Source: Spongospora subterranea f. sp. subterranea (Eukaryota). From it: DNA of 64,000 nucleotides. A model generated the notes under the pieces. It saw only the letters and a list, made by a program, of their open reading frames with translations. It made no database searches and was not told where the DNA came from. The position numbers were made by a program, and so were the translations under genes. The first letter of the stretch is position 1. Each line of letters begins with the position of its first letter. Below are positions 50,313-62,375 of this stretch, piece by piece. Location of the stretch: assembly GCA_049724395.1 (NCBI GenBank), contig JAUGWO010000007.1, forward strand, positions 62,001 through 126,000, read 5' to 3'.

Positions 50313-51023
50313 TTCGCCCGATGACCAATCACGATGGTGGTATTCTTGAATGAGCAACCCTGCGGAGTGCGGACAAGTCCGTCGCGCATTCCCCCGTTAC
50401 ATGCTCGTTACACAGTGTTGGTAGGTAACAAACAGGTTAACGATAGATGGCAACGCCCACCTGTACAAACCCATTTGACGACCGAAACTGTGTCGCTCGA
50501 TAACATTTAGTAGTTGGCCAGTTATATTGAGGCGGGTGTGATAGGTGATGAGCCATTTATATTTTATTCACAGATATGTGGATTATATTCAACAGCCAAC
50601 GAGTCTTGGCACCAACAAGAAACCTGTCATTGCTATTTCAAGCCGAGCGTTGATCTGTCTTTTGTTAATAGAAATTCAACGTGAAATAAAATATTGACAC
50701 CAGTTGACTGCTAAGAGTACAAACTGATTGTCAAAATTGTATTCCCTCTCCGGATTGTGAGAGCCACTTGGCTTCCAATGTCGTGAGAAATGTGAAAACA
50801 ATCCGGGTTTGTTGCTTATGGTCTATGGCAATCGTGATCTCATCACTATGATAATAATGAGCCAATGTATCAATCACTCACCGCTATAAACCCCCAAAGT
50901 CCAACCGCTATTTCCTGTTCGATCCGCCATCCGCGACACTCGTTTTGGCGCGCGCTTTTGGCGCTATATAAATGGCCTAATACAGTGAGTATCGTCTGGG
51001 AGTACAATACCTTGATTACGATC

Positions 51024-52271
51024 ATGACGAGCGGCGCTAGCGATGAGACCATCATGGTCGAATGCCAGATATGCCTACAACCGGTCAATATCGTGGCGCT
51101 TCAAACTAGTCATTATGATGGTGCGTGTCCAGGGCCTCCCGAGCAATCGCTGGCCATTGCTGTCAGCCGCGTACGAGACATTACGTCGCGTGCAATCATT
51201 CGTCGTCAATGTTCATTATCAAACGCAGGATGAGGTCACAACAAGGGGAAGGGCGAAAACCGATCGCGTTGACGTGTTCGATGACGATTTTCTAAATGCC
51301 GCCCGTTGGAGTAGACGAAAAGTAATGTCGGAATCCAAAGACAGTTTACTGTCTCCAGGGCAGAAACGGCTCCGAAGCAAGGCTGTGATGACATCGGTGA
51401 ATCCAGAACTTCTCGACGTAACACTTGATGCTTTGCTGAACAATCTGGACCAGCTGGCAATTGACTCATTAAAGGTGGGCTGGCTGTGTTTGTTCTCCGA
51501 GCATTCGCCACCGTTTTCTGACGGGGTCGCGATTGGGTCATTGTAGCTTCTGGCGTCTCAGTCGATAGAACTGCCAAGGGAGGTGATATCCAGATTAATA
51601 TCAGGGATCACCAGCGAATCCAGTTCATGGCCAACCTCTGTCATGTGCTTCATCGCCGCTAACGAGCTCCTGTTATTGGATCCGTTGCTTTGGGTCCCGC
51701 TTGATCCGGACTGGAATTATTTCTCTGATCTCTTACTTCAGGTAGTTTTGGTTCTTCTGTTGCGTGTCGAATTCCCATTTTGATTTTCCCAGGTCATTTC
51801 AACGCCGCACGAGTACGTGAAAGTCAATAGCCTAGTCTCGCTGCAAAAAAGAATCACAGTAACCAAACTATGCAAGTAGATCATGGGTTAATATGTTCTG
51901 TCGGTTTTAAGGTTTATCAGATGTAACTTCGTTCCACCGCGATATAGCCTTGAGGAAACAGGAAGGCAGTGACTGCAGGACGTCAATTTTGCGGCGTCAG
52001 GTCGAATTTGCGGCTTCTCGCAGAAGAATACCGCTTTCCGGAGTCCTCGATGAGCTTAGCCAAGTGAATATGATTGACACGATCCAGAAACATCCATTTA
52101 TTCTTGTTTCAGGTCTACCTTTTTGCACAATTAGCCATCAATGACGAGGGTCAGGGACTCGTTCCACGAGAGTTGCGCCTTGAAATTTTTGCAATCGCCG
52201 AAACTTTTCAGCGATCCGTAAGTGCAATCCATAAACTCGTCAACTCCTTGGCTAATGCTCGTGTAAGATGA
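51024..52271 (+). CDS. Uncharacterised protein with N-terminal UBZ-like C2HC zinc finger
   Basis: VECQICLQPVNIVALQTSHYDGAC followed by several short exons with GT-AG gaps. Confidence 0.55.
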
Positions 52272-52571
52272 ACAACTCATTCCCAGAAATGTAGCAGACA
52301 TAAGATTTGCTCAATTACTAATCCAGCGGTGGGCTTGTTTATAATATTTATTTACAATTCAATTTGACCTTAATCTCGTTGATAAAATAGAAAAATCATT
52401 ACAGTCAAAAAATTTTTGATAAGATTAGGGTAAATCGATATGGGGTTTCGGGTCCAAATGCTAAATTGGGGTTGAAAGTCCTCATCTCCCTGACATACAT
52501 ACAGGTGAGAGGGTTTGGGATTGTTAAAAGGCCTAAAAGTGAGGTTTGGGGTTTTATGAAAGTAGTGTAGG

Positions 52572-52875
52572 CCAACCCGACAGTTATTACTGAGGTAACT
52601 GCACGAAGATGGCTTCACCGTCTTGGACTCAATAATAGCGTTGAGTATAAAAAGGGCACCTATACAGACGGGCATGAACGCCCAGATGTCGTTGAATACC
52701 GATAATGGTACGATTACTTAATTCTTTTACAGATTATCGTACCATTTTCGGTATTCAACGACATCTGAACGTTCATGCCCGTCTGTATAGGTGCCCTTTT
52801 TATACTCAACGCTATTGAATCCAAGACGGTGAAGCCATCTTCGTGCAGTTACCTCAGCAATAGCTGTCGGATTGG
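52572..52875. repeat. Long inverted repeat (~140-bp arms, ~21-nt spacer)
   Basis: 52572-52714 is the near-perfect reverse complement of 52736-52875. Confidence 0.95.
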
Positions 52876-53509
52876 TAAAGCCAAGGCTGTCAATCAAGTG
52901 AAGAGATTCGCTAACCCATTTTGAAATGAGAGGCCATCAATTAACTCGATTCGTTGACATCTCAGGTAATTCAAGCATGAATTGGCAACATCGGGATCCT
53001 CGTAATGATCGAGTTTTCACATGTCTAAGCCTTCGACTGCGATAAACGCAGCCTTGGTCTGATCCAAAGAACATCTTGCTAATCTCCATAAAAGATCTCA
53101 TTTTTGATCTAGGATTGGCTTTGATCGCTTGTAAATATCTTAGAACACACACATGTACTGCAAATTCTCAAACTTAGTTAGTTTGTTGCACTTTTCGACA
53201 GCTTGAGAATTCTTAGATGAAACCATTCTTGTTAAAAGTGCAATGGATTCGTCGATACAATCAATTGACTCTTCGATGGCTTCTTCATAATCGTCATCAG
53301 CTTGCTCGTGATCTGATACACTATCATCAAACCTGATATCCGAAGTGATGTTGGCCTTTTCCGAACCAATGCGTGATTTTTCGGCATCCAGTCATCGCTA
53401 TTTCTCTCAAACGCTTTTCTCTTTGCTTATTAAAAAGAGAAGACCTGCCATCTCCTGTGTGAGATTTTCTAAAATGAGAGCGTGCCCCGGGTGTCCAGGT
53501 CAAAAACAC
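52736..53509 (-). pseudogene. Fragmented N-terminal half of a DDE transposase (probably IS630/Tc1-like)
   Basis: Broken minus-strand frames ending in TARRWLHRLGF...YKKGTYTDGHERSDVVEYR, a motif I recognise from fungal/protist DDE transposase-like proteins. Catalytic core absent. Confidence 0.6.
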
Positions 53510-53855
53510 TATTAGTCAGTCTATCAGAAGCAGCTTCATCCATTCCGCAGAGCCATTCGTCAGATTCCAAAACAACAAAGTGGTCGTCATCTTCTAATGT
53601 TTGCGATTTGTTTTCGTCTCTTATTCAAAGGCGGCATCTTAGTGAGACTAGCTACCGGTCAATCCGCAAAAGGTTATACAGTACCGTACGCATTTCAAAA
53701 TTAGCCGCGCGCATTTGATCAAATCATTATGCGTCACTGCTCGCAAAATAATTGCTCAGTCAAGCCCATAAAACTGCGCGACGCACTTTATTACGCTTAC
53801 TTTATTACATACGTAGACCACGTATTATTTAATAATAAACGGGGGGCTAGAAAAG

Positions 53856-53988
53856 ACTGGTCACATTAACTGGTCACTTCAAAAATTGCGTAGACGACCA
53901 GTCAATGTGACCAGTTAATTACTAGGGCGCGAGAAAAAGCTGGTCACATTCTGACTGGGAGATTCAGCCGAAAATATATTGACTGGTC
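53856..53988. repeat. Cluster of CTGGTCACATT motifs including a 20-bp inverted repeat (TE-end-like)
   Basis: ACTGGTCACATTAACTGGTC (53856-53875) versus GACCAGTCAATGTGACCAGT (53896-53915), one mismatch. Further copy at 53940 and a partial at ~53980. Confidence 0.75.
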
Positions 53989-54254
53989 GTCGAGTTTGTT
54001 GGAATAAAATATTGGTAATGTACACTCAAGTGTATCTCAATGGAGTAATCACTCGGAGTTCTTGTCGAACATGATGTGTTTAGGAGTTCGAAAGTAATCC
54101 CGATAACAGGAGTTTTAAGAAAGGATGCCTGAATTCTATCACTCCGATGATCCGACATGTCAGCACGAGCATTGGGGCGCCCATTTGAATCACTTCGATC
54201 ATGGGACAGGTCAGCACGAACATTAGGCACGCATTTGATTAGCTTTTGTTGATT

Positions 54255-54464
54255 TTATTTCTTGACATAGGCCAAATATATTGAATTAGGCTTTAAATTT
54301 ACAGCAGCTGGGTCGAAAACTGCTCTTCCATGATTTTGTAGATCATTGAAGTGGTAGAATTCCGGCATCATGCCTTGAAACTCACGGCGAATGTGTGCAT
54401 AAAAGTGTGATCCTGTCATAGTAGTAGTGGATATTCTTGCCATCAAACGCCATTCTTCATTCAA
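54255..54464 (-). pseudogene. Fragment resembling the His box of a USP (C19) cysteine peptidase
   Basis: WRLMARIST...GSHFYAHIRR...FYHFNDL resembles Y.L.AVI.H...GHY.AY.R...W..FND. No Cys box found. Confidence 0.35.
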
Positions 54465-57212
54465 AACATATAATGTATCCGGACAAAAAATGGCGTGCTA
54501 TCAACCAGCGGCACATTATCATCTGGATTCTGGAACTCCAATAGGCAACGTGATAAACAATACTGAAGTTGGCATTGCCTTGATCGTTAGGGTCTATACT
54601 TGCTTGCACTATTTGTGGCGATGAGATGTTCCTGTTGTTTAAATGCAGTTGACTGTTCACATACCGAATCACAACCTGGGTGAATGCAGTTTCTATGCAG
54701 TTTTCTGTAGAAACCGGATATCAATGCGGCAACGGCGGTCTGTAGAGACATTGATGATGACTGAGTAAATACTTGCTGTCTCAGCTCCTACAACAAAGTT
54801 TGATTCAAACACCCGCGGTTAACACCAAAACAGTTGTACCAAAATCGGCCAAATTAACGGACGCGACTTTATGTGATGCCCGTTTATACATCTTACATCC
54901 TTCTGAAAAACATATTTGTGTTAAATGCATTCAACAATACAATGAAACTATACCTGCACAATCATTTTGAAATGAGCAAAAATAGGATCACCGGAGAGAA
55001 TACAGTAAAAACTCTTATAGGTACTGTTTGTTGCGTTTGGTTTACTAGAGATAATCATCGAGGAATTGATAAATAGTGGGTTTTATTATTTTCTAAAACC
55101 CACAACAGCATATAATCTTCTTTCGCCTTGACGAATGTGTTGCGATCTGGTCAATATACTTTGAAACGCTGCAGCTTGGCGGCAACCAATTACCTATCAA
55201 TACTCATAATACATTTTGCAAAATGAGCGACCACCGTTTTGATTGTTGCTAGCCGACAGACATATTGGAGCCAATATCGATAGGCAAACCAACCGGTCCG
55301 CTTCCTGTTCTTGTGCCGGAAGATTCTCTACCCTGATCGCCCACAAATATCTGCTGTAAATGTAAAAGACCACAAGTTATGGGGTCGAACCCTCGTACAG
55401 TAGTTGTGTCCTATGGTTCGCGCTTGACGACACGTCCAAGGTCTGAATCGAACGTTGCGGAAACCGATAAATCCGTTGTGTTTACACACACTTAGCTCAG
55501 ATCCATAAACTCATCGACACACCTGATCATATTGAGGCGTTTTTTTTCGATTTGAATCACATGGATGTGAATATGGTTATTTCATTTCCAGATAGTCCTA
55601 TGGACTGCAGTAGTTGCACCAACTGGCCTTCCGATTGCAGATTTAAAAGTTATCGAAACTGCTATCAACGATAAGGTGCACAGGGTAGAGGGAATCGGTG
55701 CTCTATGGTGTCTTTCTCCAGAATTGTCCAACCGCCGTTGATTCTCATAATCGTAGTGCACCAGGCACGTCTTTATTTTCATTCCCTCACCAATATCAAT
55801 CCTGTTTGAGTGACTACGTGAGGAAGACGCAAGAAAAAGGCGCCTGCGTTAGGGTATTCATAGATGGAACGCGACAGCCGATTCCTGGACATATTGGCCA
55901 CCACCCAAAGAAACATTCCCGCACTCGGTATACAACAGGCATCCAAGGCGTGACCATCTTAATATTCGCCATTGCGTCTGAGAAGCCAAAATACACCAAA
56001 AGTTCGACATATTTTTGTGCCTCCTCAGTATGGATTACTTTGAATGTTGCTGTCCCATATGCCGTTGAGCCCAATTTGAAGAACTTGGCATGTGAAAATA
56101 GCAAGGTTGCACTCGAGAATGGAGATCGTTAATCTGTTACAATTTTTGTGTAGAAAACATTGAGTTTTGTCGACTTCGATCTTGAATACTCAACAAGCCG
56201 GTTATCGTTTTTCTTCATACAGTGCAATTAATCAAAAAATTCAAAACTTGCTGGAAGAATATGGATGAAACGATAAGAAAACAGCGAGTATTGGTAATTC
56301 AATTTGCAAACAATTGGTTGAATTGCTTTTGAAGTTGTATAAAAAGCGGGTCGAGATAGAAATTATGTTCTTCTTCTCGGCCGTGAACTCGTGTGGTCAG
56401 AAGTAGTGATGCAAATTTTCAAGCAAAACTTGGGTCCAAGGGAACAATTATGACAAGTTTGGTCTGCAACACTAAAAATGCTCTCCGGTTTTGATAAGAT
56501 TTCGTACCGCGCTTCCGCATTTTGCGATAGCATCGGGACGGGCATGGACCATTTTTTTTTGCGTTGTTTCAGTCATTATTGCACAAATTCCACGGGTCTT
56601 CTGATCTAAGTTAGATTTCATCACTCGTTAAGCTCGATGGATCGCGCCTGCAGCAAAAGTTCTCTTAAACGCAGATTGGATGACCGCTTCTTAAGGGTGA
56701 TGGCACATTCTGAACTGGTAAACCGCGTGTGTCTCGTTGTAATGCAGCACTGCGGCACCATGGTTCGCCCAACGTAGAAAACCCAACTGGTGTACATAGA
56801 TATAACTCAGGATTTGAGTGTCGTAACAAATAATCTCAGTGTTGCCGTTGGGCTTCTACACACTGGCTAGACTCGCTTACAGACTGCTCCACCGGCATCT
56901 CAGAAAATGTTGGTATTGATCAGTTTCTTGAAAATTGTAGCAAGGGTTCGAAATCAACCGGAGGGCACAACCTAACAAAAGTGTGGACTATGATTCATCC
57001 GGTATCAAAACAGTCGCATCTCTATCAAGATCGATTCAGTACTTGAAGGTCGATGCAATTTGAATTTCAACCTATGCGATTGTATACGCGTAAACTATAC
57101 TGTCGTGTCGTTCATGTCTTGTTCATCTCCCTCGTTTTCATACTGTTAAAGTACTACATCTTTGAACACTTGCAGACTCTGAATGCGAATTCTGTTGTTG
57201 AGGTTAGCGAGC

Positions 57213-59973
57213 ATGGTATATTTGGCAATTTCGATAGTACAATATTGATCATATCGCTCTTGTCGCCCGGACAATTGGGCAGATTGTCAACTACCACAAA
57301 GGCGGTAGTAATAACGGCTATAAGTTTGCTCCCGCCATTGCGTGCAGAGGCTATGCCGACAACGTCAAAAAGGTCAACAACAATTATGGTGACGACAAAT
57401 GGCCCGACTACAAACAATCCAACTACGAAGAAGCCAACAACAAAGAAGCCAACAACAAAGAAGCCCACTACAAAGATGTCGACAACAAAAAAGGTGACCA
57501 CGAAGGGCCCGTCAAAGAAGGTCACGACCAAGAAACTGACTACGAAGAAGCCCTCCACTGAAAGTTTAACTACAAACAAGCACACCACAAAGAAATTGAC
57601 GACGAAGAAACAGACTACAAACAAGCCGACGACAGAGAAACTCAGTACAACGAAAATCACTACGAAGAAACCCACAACGAAGAAACTTACTACAAAGAAA
57701 TCTACTACGAAGAAACCCACTACGAAGAAAGCTACTACGAAGAAACCCACTACGAAGAAAGCTACTACGAAGAAACCCACTACGAAGAAACCCACTACGA
57801 AGAAACCTACTACGAAGAAACCCACTACGAAGAAACCCACTACGAAGAAACCTACTACGAAGAAACCCACTACAACGATACTCACCACAAAGAAACCTAC
57901 TACGAAGAAACCCACTACAAAGAAACTCACTACAAAGAAACCCACTACAAAGAAACCCACTACAAAGAAACCCACTACAAAGAAACCCACTACAAAGAAA
58001 CCCACTACAAATAAGCCCACTACAAAGAAACCCACCACAAAGAAACCCACTACAAAGAAACCCACCACAAAGAAACCCACTACAAAGAAACCCACCACAA
58101 AGAAACCCACTACAAAGAAACTCACTACAAAGAAACCCACTACAAAGAAACCCACTACAAAGAAACTCACTACAAAGAAACCCACTACAAAGAAACCCAC
58201 TACAAAGAAACCCACTACAAAGAAACCAACTACAACGAAGCCCACTACAAAGAAACCAACTACAACGAAGCCCACTACAAAGAAACCTACCACGAAGAAA
58301 CCCACTACAAAGAAACCCACTACAAAGAAACCCACTACAAATAAACCCACTACAAAGAAACCCACTACAAAGAAACCCACTACAAAGAAACCCACTACAA
58401 AGAAACCCACTACAAAGAAACCCACTACAACGAAGCCCACTACAAAGAAACCTACCACGAAGAAACCCACTACAAAGAAACCTACTACAAAGAAACCCAC
58501 TACAAAGAAACCCACTACAACGAAACCCATTACAAAGAAACCTACCACGAAGAAACCCACTACCAAGAAACCCACTACAAAGAAACCCACTACAAAGAAA
58601 CCTACCACGAGGAAACCTACTACAAAGAAACTCACTACAAGGAAACCTACCACGAAGAAACCCACTTCGAAGAAATCCACCACAAAGAAATCCACTACAA
58701 AGAACCCCACTTCAAAGAAAACCACTGCAAAAAAGCTGACGACGAAGAAACTTACGACGAAGAAACCCTCTACTAAGAAGCCGACAACGAAGAAGACGAC
58801 AACAACGAAGAAATCCTCTGCCAAGAAGCCCACAACGAAGATATCTTCTACTAAAAAACCAACAACGAAGAAAGCCTCTACTAAAAAACTCACTACTACG
58901 AAACCTACCGCAAAGAAGCTGACGACGAGAAAACCGACTACAAATAAATCCAGTACGAAAACGGCCACTAGTACAAAACCCATTCCCAGGAAATCCTCTA
59001 CTAAGAAATTCACTACGAAGATACTTCCTACAAAGTCCACTAAAGTTTCTACAATTGCAGTCAGAAAATTCTCAACTACCGACCATACGACTGGCCAAAC
59101 ACAGACCACCAACCAGCAGGTAATGTAGAGTCATCTGTCAACGATACTGATAGATCTAACATTGTGACAGTTTCATAGTACAGCGCAGACAACCAGTCAT
59201 GTATCGGTAACACCAATGACATCAGGTTCATAATCAACGAGACCTATAGTTATCACTTGTAGTAACATTATATCTACACAGGGCGCGCGACAAGCCGGCG
59301 GCGAACAACCCATGCAGTCGCAGAGTTATCTGTGGTTGTTCTTCGCCTTGCCTTGGACTACCAGCAAGCGCAGAGCAATATCACGGAATTTCAACTCAGT
59401 TTCGCTTCTCGTCTAGCTCCATATCTCAATATCAATCCCGATAGAATTTCGGTTGTCCGTGTCGAACAGGGGAGCGTCATTGTGTCGTTCGTTATTCTAC
59501 CCGATGGATCATCAAACATATCGGATTTGATGGATTCCTTGGCTCAACAAGTAATTACATCTATTTTGACCATCCAATCATGATTGAATTCACTTTCTTT
59601 GTAATAGATTAAAGACAATAGTAGCGCCTTGATGGCCGACGCAAGTTTAAGAGTAGACGGTTCGTACGGAATGGTCGTCACGAAGATAATGGATTGCGGG
59701 GATGGAGTATTAACACCTTCATGCCCATCAAGGGTGACGTCGATCGAACCAAGTCCTGAAGTTTCCTCTGCCCCATCTGCATTGGATCCAACTATCATAA
59801 TCATCATCAGTGTCTGTGCAGCCGTCTTCGGCTTGGCGATCATTGCATTCGCTTATTATCGATTCAAGCGCAAGGGTGTAGTCTATTTCCCTCAACAACA
59901 GCGGCCCTCATGGGCTCTTTTAGGACATGATGGCAAACCCCTTTACAAACACGACTCGTTGCTAATGTTTTGA
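57213..59973 (+). CDS. Type I membrane mucin-like protein: KKPTT repeats, SEA-like domain, TM, short tail; start inferred
   Basis: About 100 pentapeptide (K/T-K-P-T-T) repeats. SEA-like LNINPDRISVVRVEQGSVIVSFVI. TM IIIIISVCAAVFGLAIIAFAYY followed by RFKRK. Confidence 0.8.
57420..59010 (+). repeat. 15-bp coding minisatellite (CCCACTACAAAGAAA)
   Basis: Highly homogeneous core at ~57700-58620, degenerate toward both ends. Confidence 0.95.
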
Positions 59974-60165
59974 TAAAAAAGAATTACAATGAGATCTTTA
60001 AAACCGGCAGTGCGGCCCGAAGCGAGTCCAACAGAAGTATAAAGGCCCATAGGGCGGCTCGAAAAACAGAAAAGCAGAGCATATGCAGGCATACTCGCAT
60101 TGCATTTTATGACCTGCGATTACATTTTTTGTTTTAACTGTCCCGATTCCGAAGGGTTGTCGACT

Positions 60166-62030
60166 GGTTATGGGCCCAACCAACGCCCAGCGGCGACCGA
60201 GTCGGAGACACAGGGGATAACAAGGAGAGCATACACATGACGACGGTGCAGGAATCGGTAGGGAAGTTCACCGGTAATAGGGTTATCGGACGACAATTGG
60301 TTGATGTGGTCGTGGGCATTCCTACTGGCGGCTGGCAGGTACGGCGTCATGGAGATCTAAGACGGAGCCTAACAGCCCTGATCAGAAAGAGCGCTACAGA
60401 AGGCGGTCCAACCTGGCGATGACTCAAATTGTGAAGTGCATCGACGAAACCATGAATAACAGTGCTGTGGGACAACGCTTTGCCCGGGAGGCCTGGAGCG
60501 TTTTGAAATCGTACCAGGAAGGGAACCCAAAAGCGACATCCAGCGTCGCAGGAGGGAGCTGGAGAACGTACAACATAGAGACTTCCCGACAATGGCCAGT
60601 TTCTTGGTCACTGTCAATTATATGTCGAAGCAGCTGGTGGTCATGAATGCCAGAATGGACGAAGAGGATATCATCATCTTGATGCTAGGCAAGCTGCCAT
60701 TTCCCTAAGCACGCTGCAGCCGCCATTCGTAATGAGCGGGGAGGTTCCAAATGAGACTTGGATTAATGGCTTCCCTACAAGTGCCAGCAATATGCCTCGT
60801 CTTTCCGCATCGATGACAGTGGCTCTTCTCTTGTCATGGCCTCTGTAACTCTCTCTGTTCTCTCGCAGAGATTGGAAACGAATGCAGCATTCTCTGCGAG
60901 AGGACAGAGAGAGTACAGAGGCCATGACAAGAGAAGAGCCACTGTCATCGATGCGGAAAGACGAGCCATATTGCTCGCACTTGTAGGGAAGCCATTAAAT
61001 CCTAGTCTCATTTGGAGCGAGAGGACAGAGAGAGTACAGAGGCCATGACAAGAGAAGAACCGTCGCCAAGAACAACACAAAGCATCGTGTGTCATTGATG
61101 CGGAAAGACGAGATAGTATTGCTCGCATTTTAAGGAAGTCATTTCAAAAATGACACGCCATCGAATACGACAGCTTTACATGCCACTTTCAATGGTGCAA
61201 GCCAAGACGGAGCAGCCGAACTTGGCTAAATGGTGAAGTGACTCCGACAGTACGGCGCATATGACAAGCGGCGATGCCAATCTGCCCAACATTCGTGATC
61301 CTCAATTCAACACCGTAATCAAAGGTGATGGCACAAAGATGGTTGTGAAAGGTACAGGAGACGTCACGTTGCGAAGCGTCCTGCACCACATGAAGGCTAA
61401 GTTAATGTGAGTCAGCAGCGCGCTGGACAACGGTGTCGACGAGGTCGTGTTCAGCTGTGTCTATGGTCCGGCGGGTTCATGTCATCGTCACGGGGACGCG
61501 TGAAGGTCTACACAACCGAGGGAACACGAGTCAAAGGAGTAAGGATATATAGCAGGTACATCCCGTACGACAGACAAATTCCCAAGGTGAAGCCATGAAT
61601 TGTGGCGCCGAAGGCTCGGGCACCTTCACCACGCCGCGATCAGAAAGCTACATGATGAAAAACATTTGATTGCCAATGGGAAGACGTCGGATCAACCATG
61701 TAGTTCATGCATCTATCAAGGAAGCCGTTTTCGCAAGGACCGATAATAAGATCCCAATCGGGTGGGCGAGACTATTCATTACGAAAGGGCCTGAACCTCC
61801 AAAATTCTGATTTTTCTACAGTTAGGAGACTGCCGGAACCTGAGTTTATGTGGCGACCTATTATCGATAACGCGAGATGGTGAACGACTGCAAATGTGAG
61901 AGGGGTACACAACAGCCTCAGACATCGAGGTCATTGAATGTGAACGAACAAACGATCCAACCACTGAGTTCGGTCAACGGCGGGGAATATACCCGCGATG
62001 CCTTGCGCAACCTAAGGGAATCAGGCAAGT
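60166..62030 (+). mobile_element. Degenerate Ty1/Copia retrotransposon (PBS, gag, protease, integrase fragments)
   Basis: PBS GGTTATGGGCCCA (60166-60178, complementary to the tRNA-iMet anticodon arm as in copia), gag AREAWSVL, protease GDGTKMVVKGTGDVTL, LWRRRLGH, integrase (S)VNGGEY. Many stops and frameshifts. Confidence 0.85.
60746..61016. repeat. Long inverted repeat (~125-bp arms, 19-nt spacer) within the Copia remnant
   Basis: 60746-60871 is the near-perfect reverse complement of 60891-61016. A partial direct copy of the right arm follows at ~61016-61128. Confidence 0.95.
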
Positions 62031-62303
62031 CTACACCAATTCTCATACTCCCAAGCAGAATGAGCGAGCTAAGTCACACGTCTCGCATTACCTGTATTCA
62101 CAAACTGTCATTTCGACAGTTGAATTCTTATAGGAAATTGCTGTACGGTACCTTGGTTTATATTCTCAACATCAGACTGATATTGTGTTGAAATTAACCG
62201 ATGATTACCGATGCTTACTAGAAGAGGAACACTTTATTCGTGAGAGAACATGAAATTGCGAATGTTCAACTCTGCAAAAAGTGAACTACACGCCAAATAT
62301 AGA

Positions 62304-62375
62304 GGAGGATTGGCCTAGGGGCAGGGCGTGGGATTCCAGACCCCAAGATCGGCGGTTCGAATCCGTCATCCTTCA
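62304..62375 (+). tRNA. tRNA-Trp (anticodon CCA)
   Basis: Acceptor GGAGGAT/ATCCTTC, D stem GCCT/GGGC, anticodon arm TGGGA-TTCCAGA-CCCCA, T arm GGCGG-TTCGAAT-CCGTC, T8 terminator immediately downstream. Confidence 0.85.

Noticed and set aside
52420..52560. Interstitial telomere-like G/T-rich tract
   Set aside because: Only scattered GGGTTT/TTAGGG words, with no regular period.
55580..56132. Overlapping ORFs on both strands
   Set aside because: No recognisable motif or consistent splice pattern, so no call can be supported.
57154..59112. 652-aa VVGFF hydrophobic ORF on the minus strand
   Set aside because: Antisense shadow of the KKPTT repeat. The plus strand links to SEA and TM exons.
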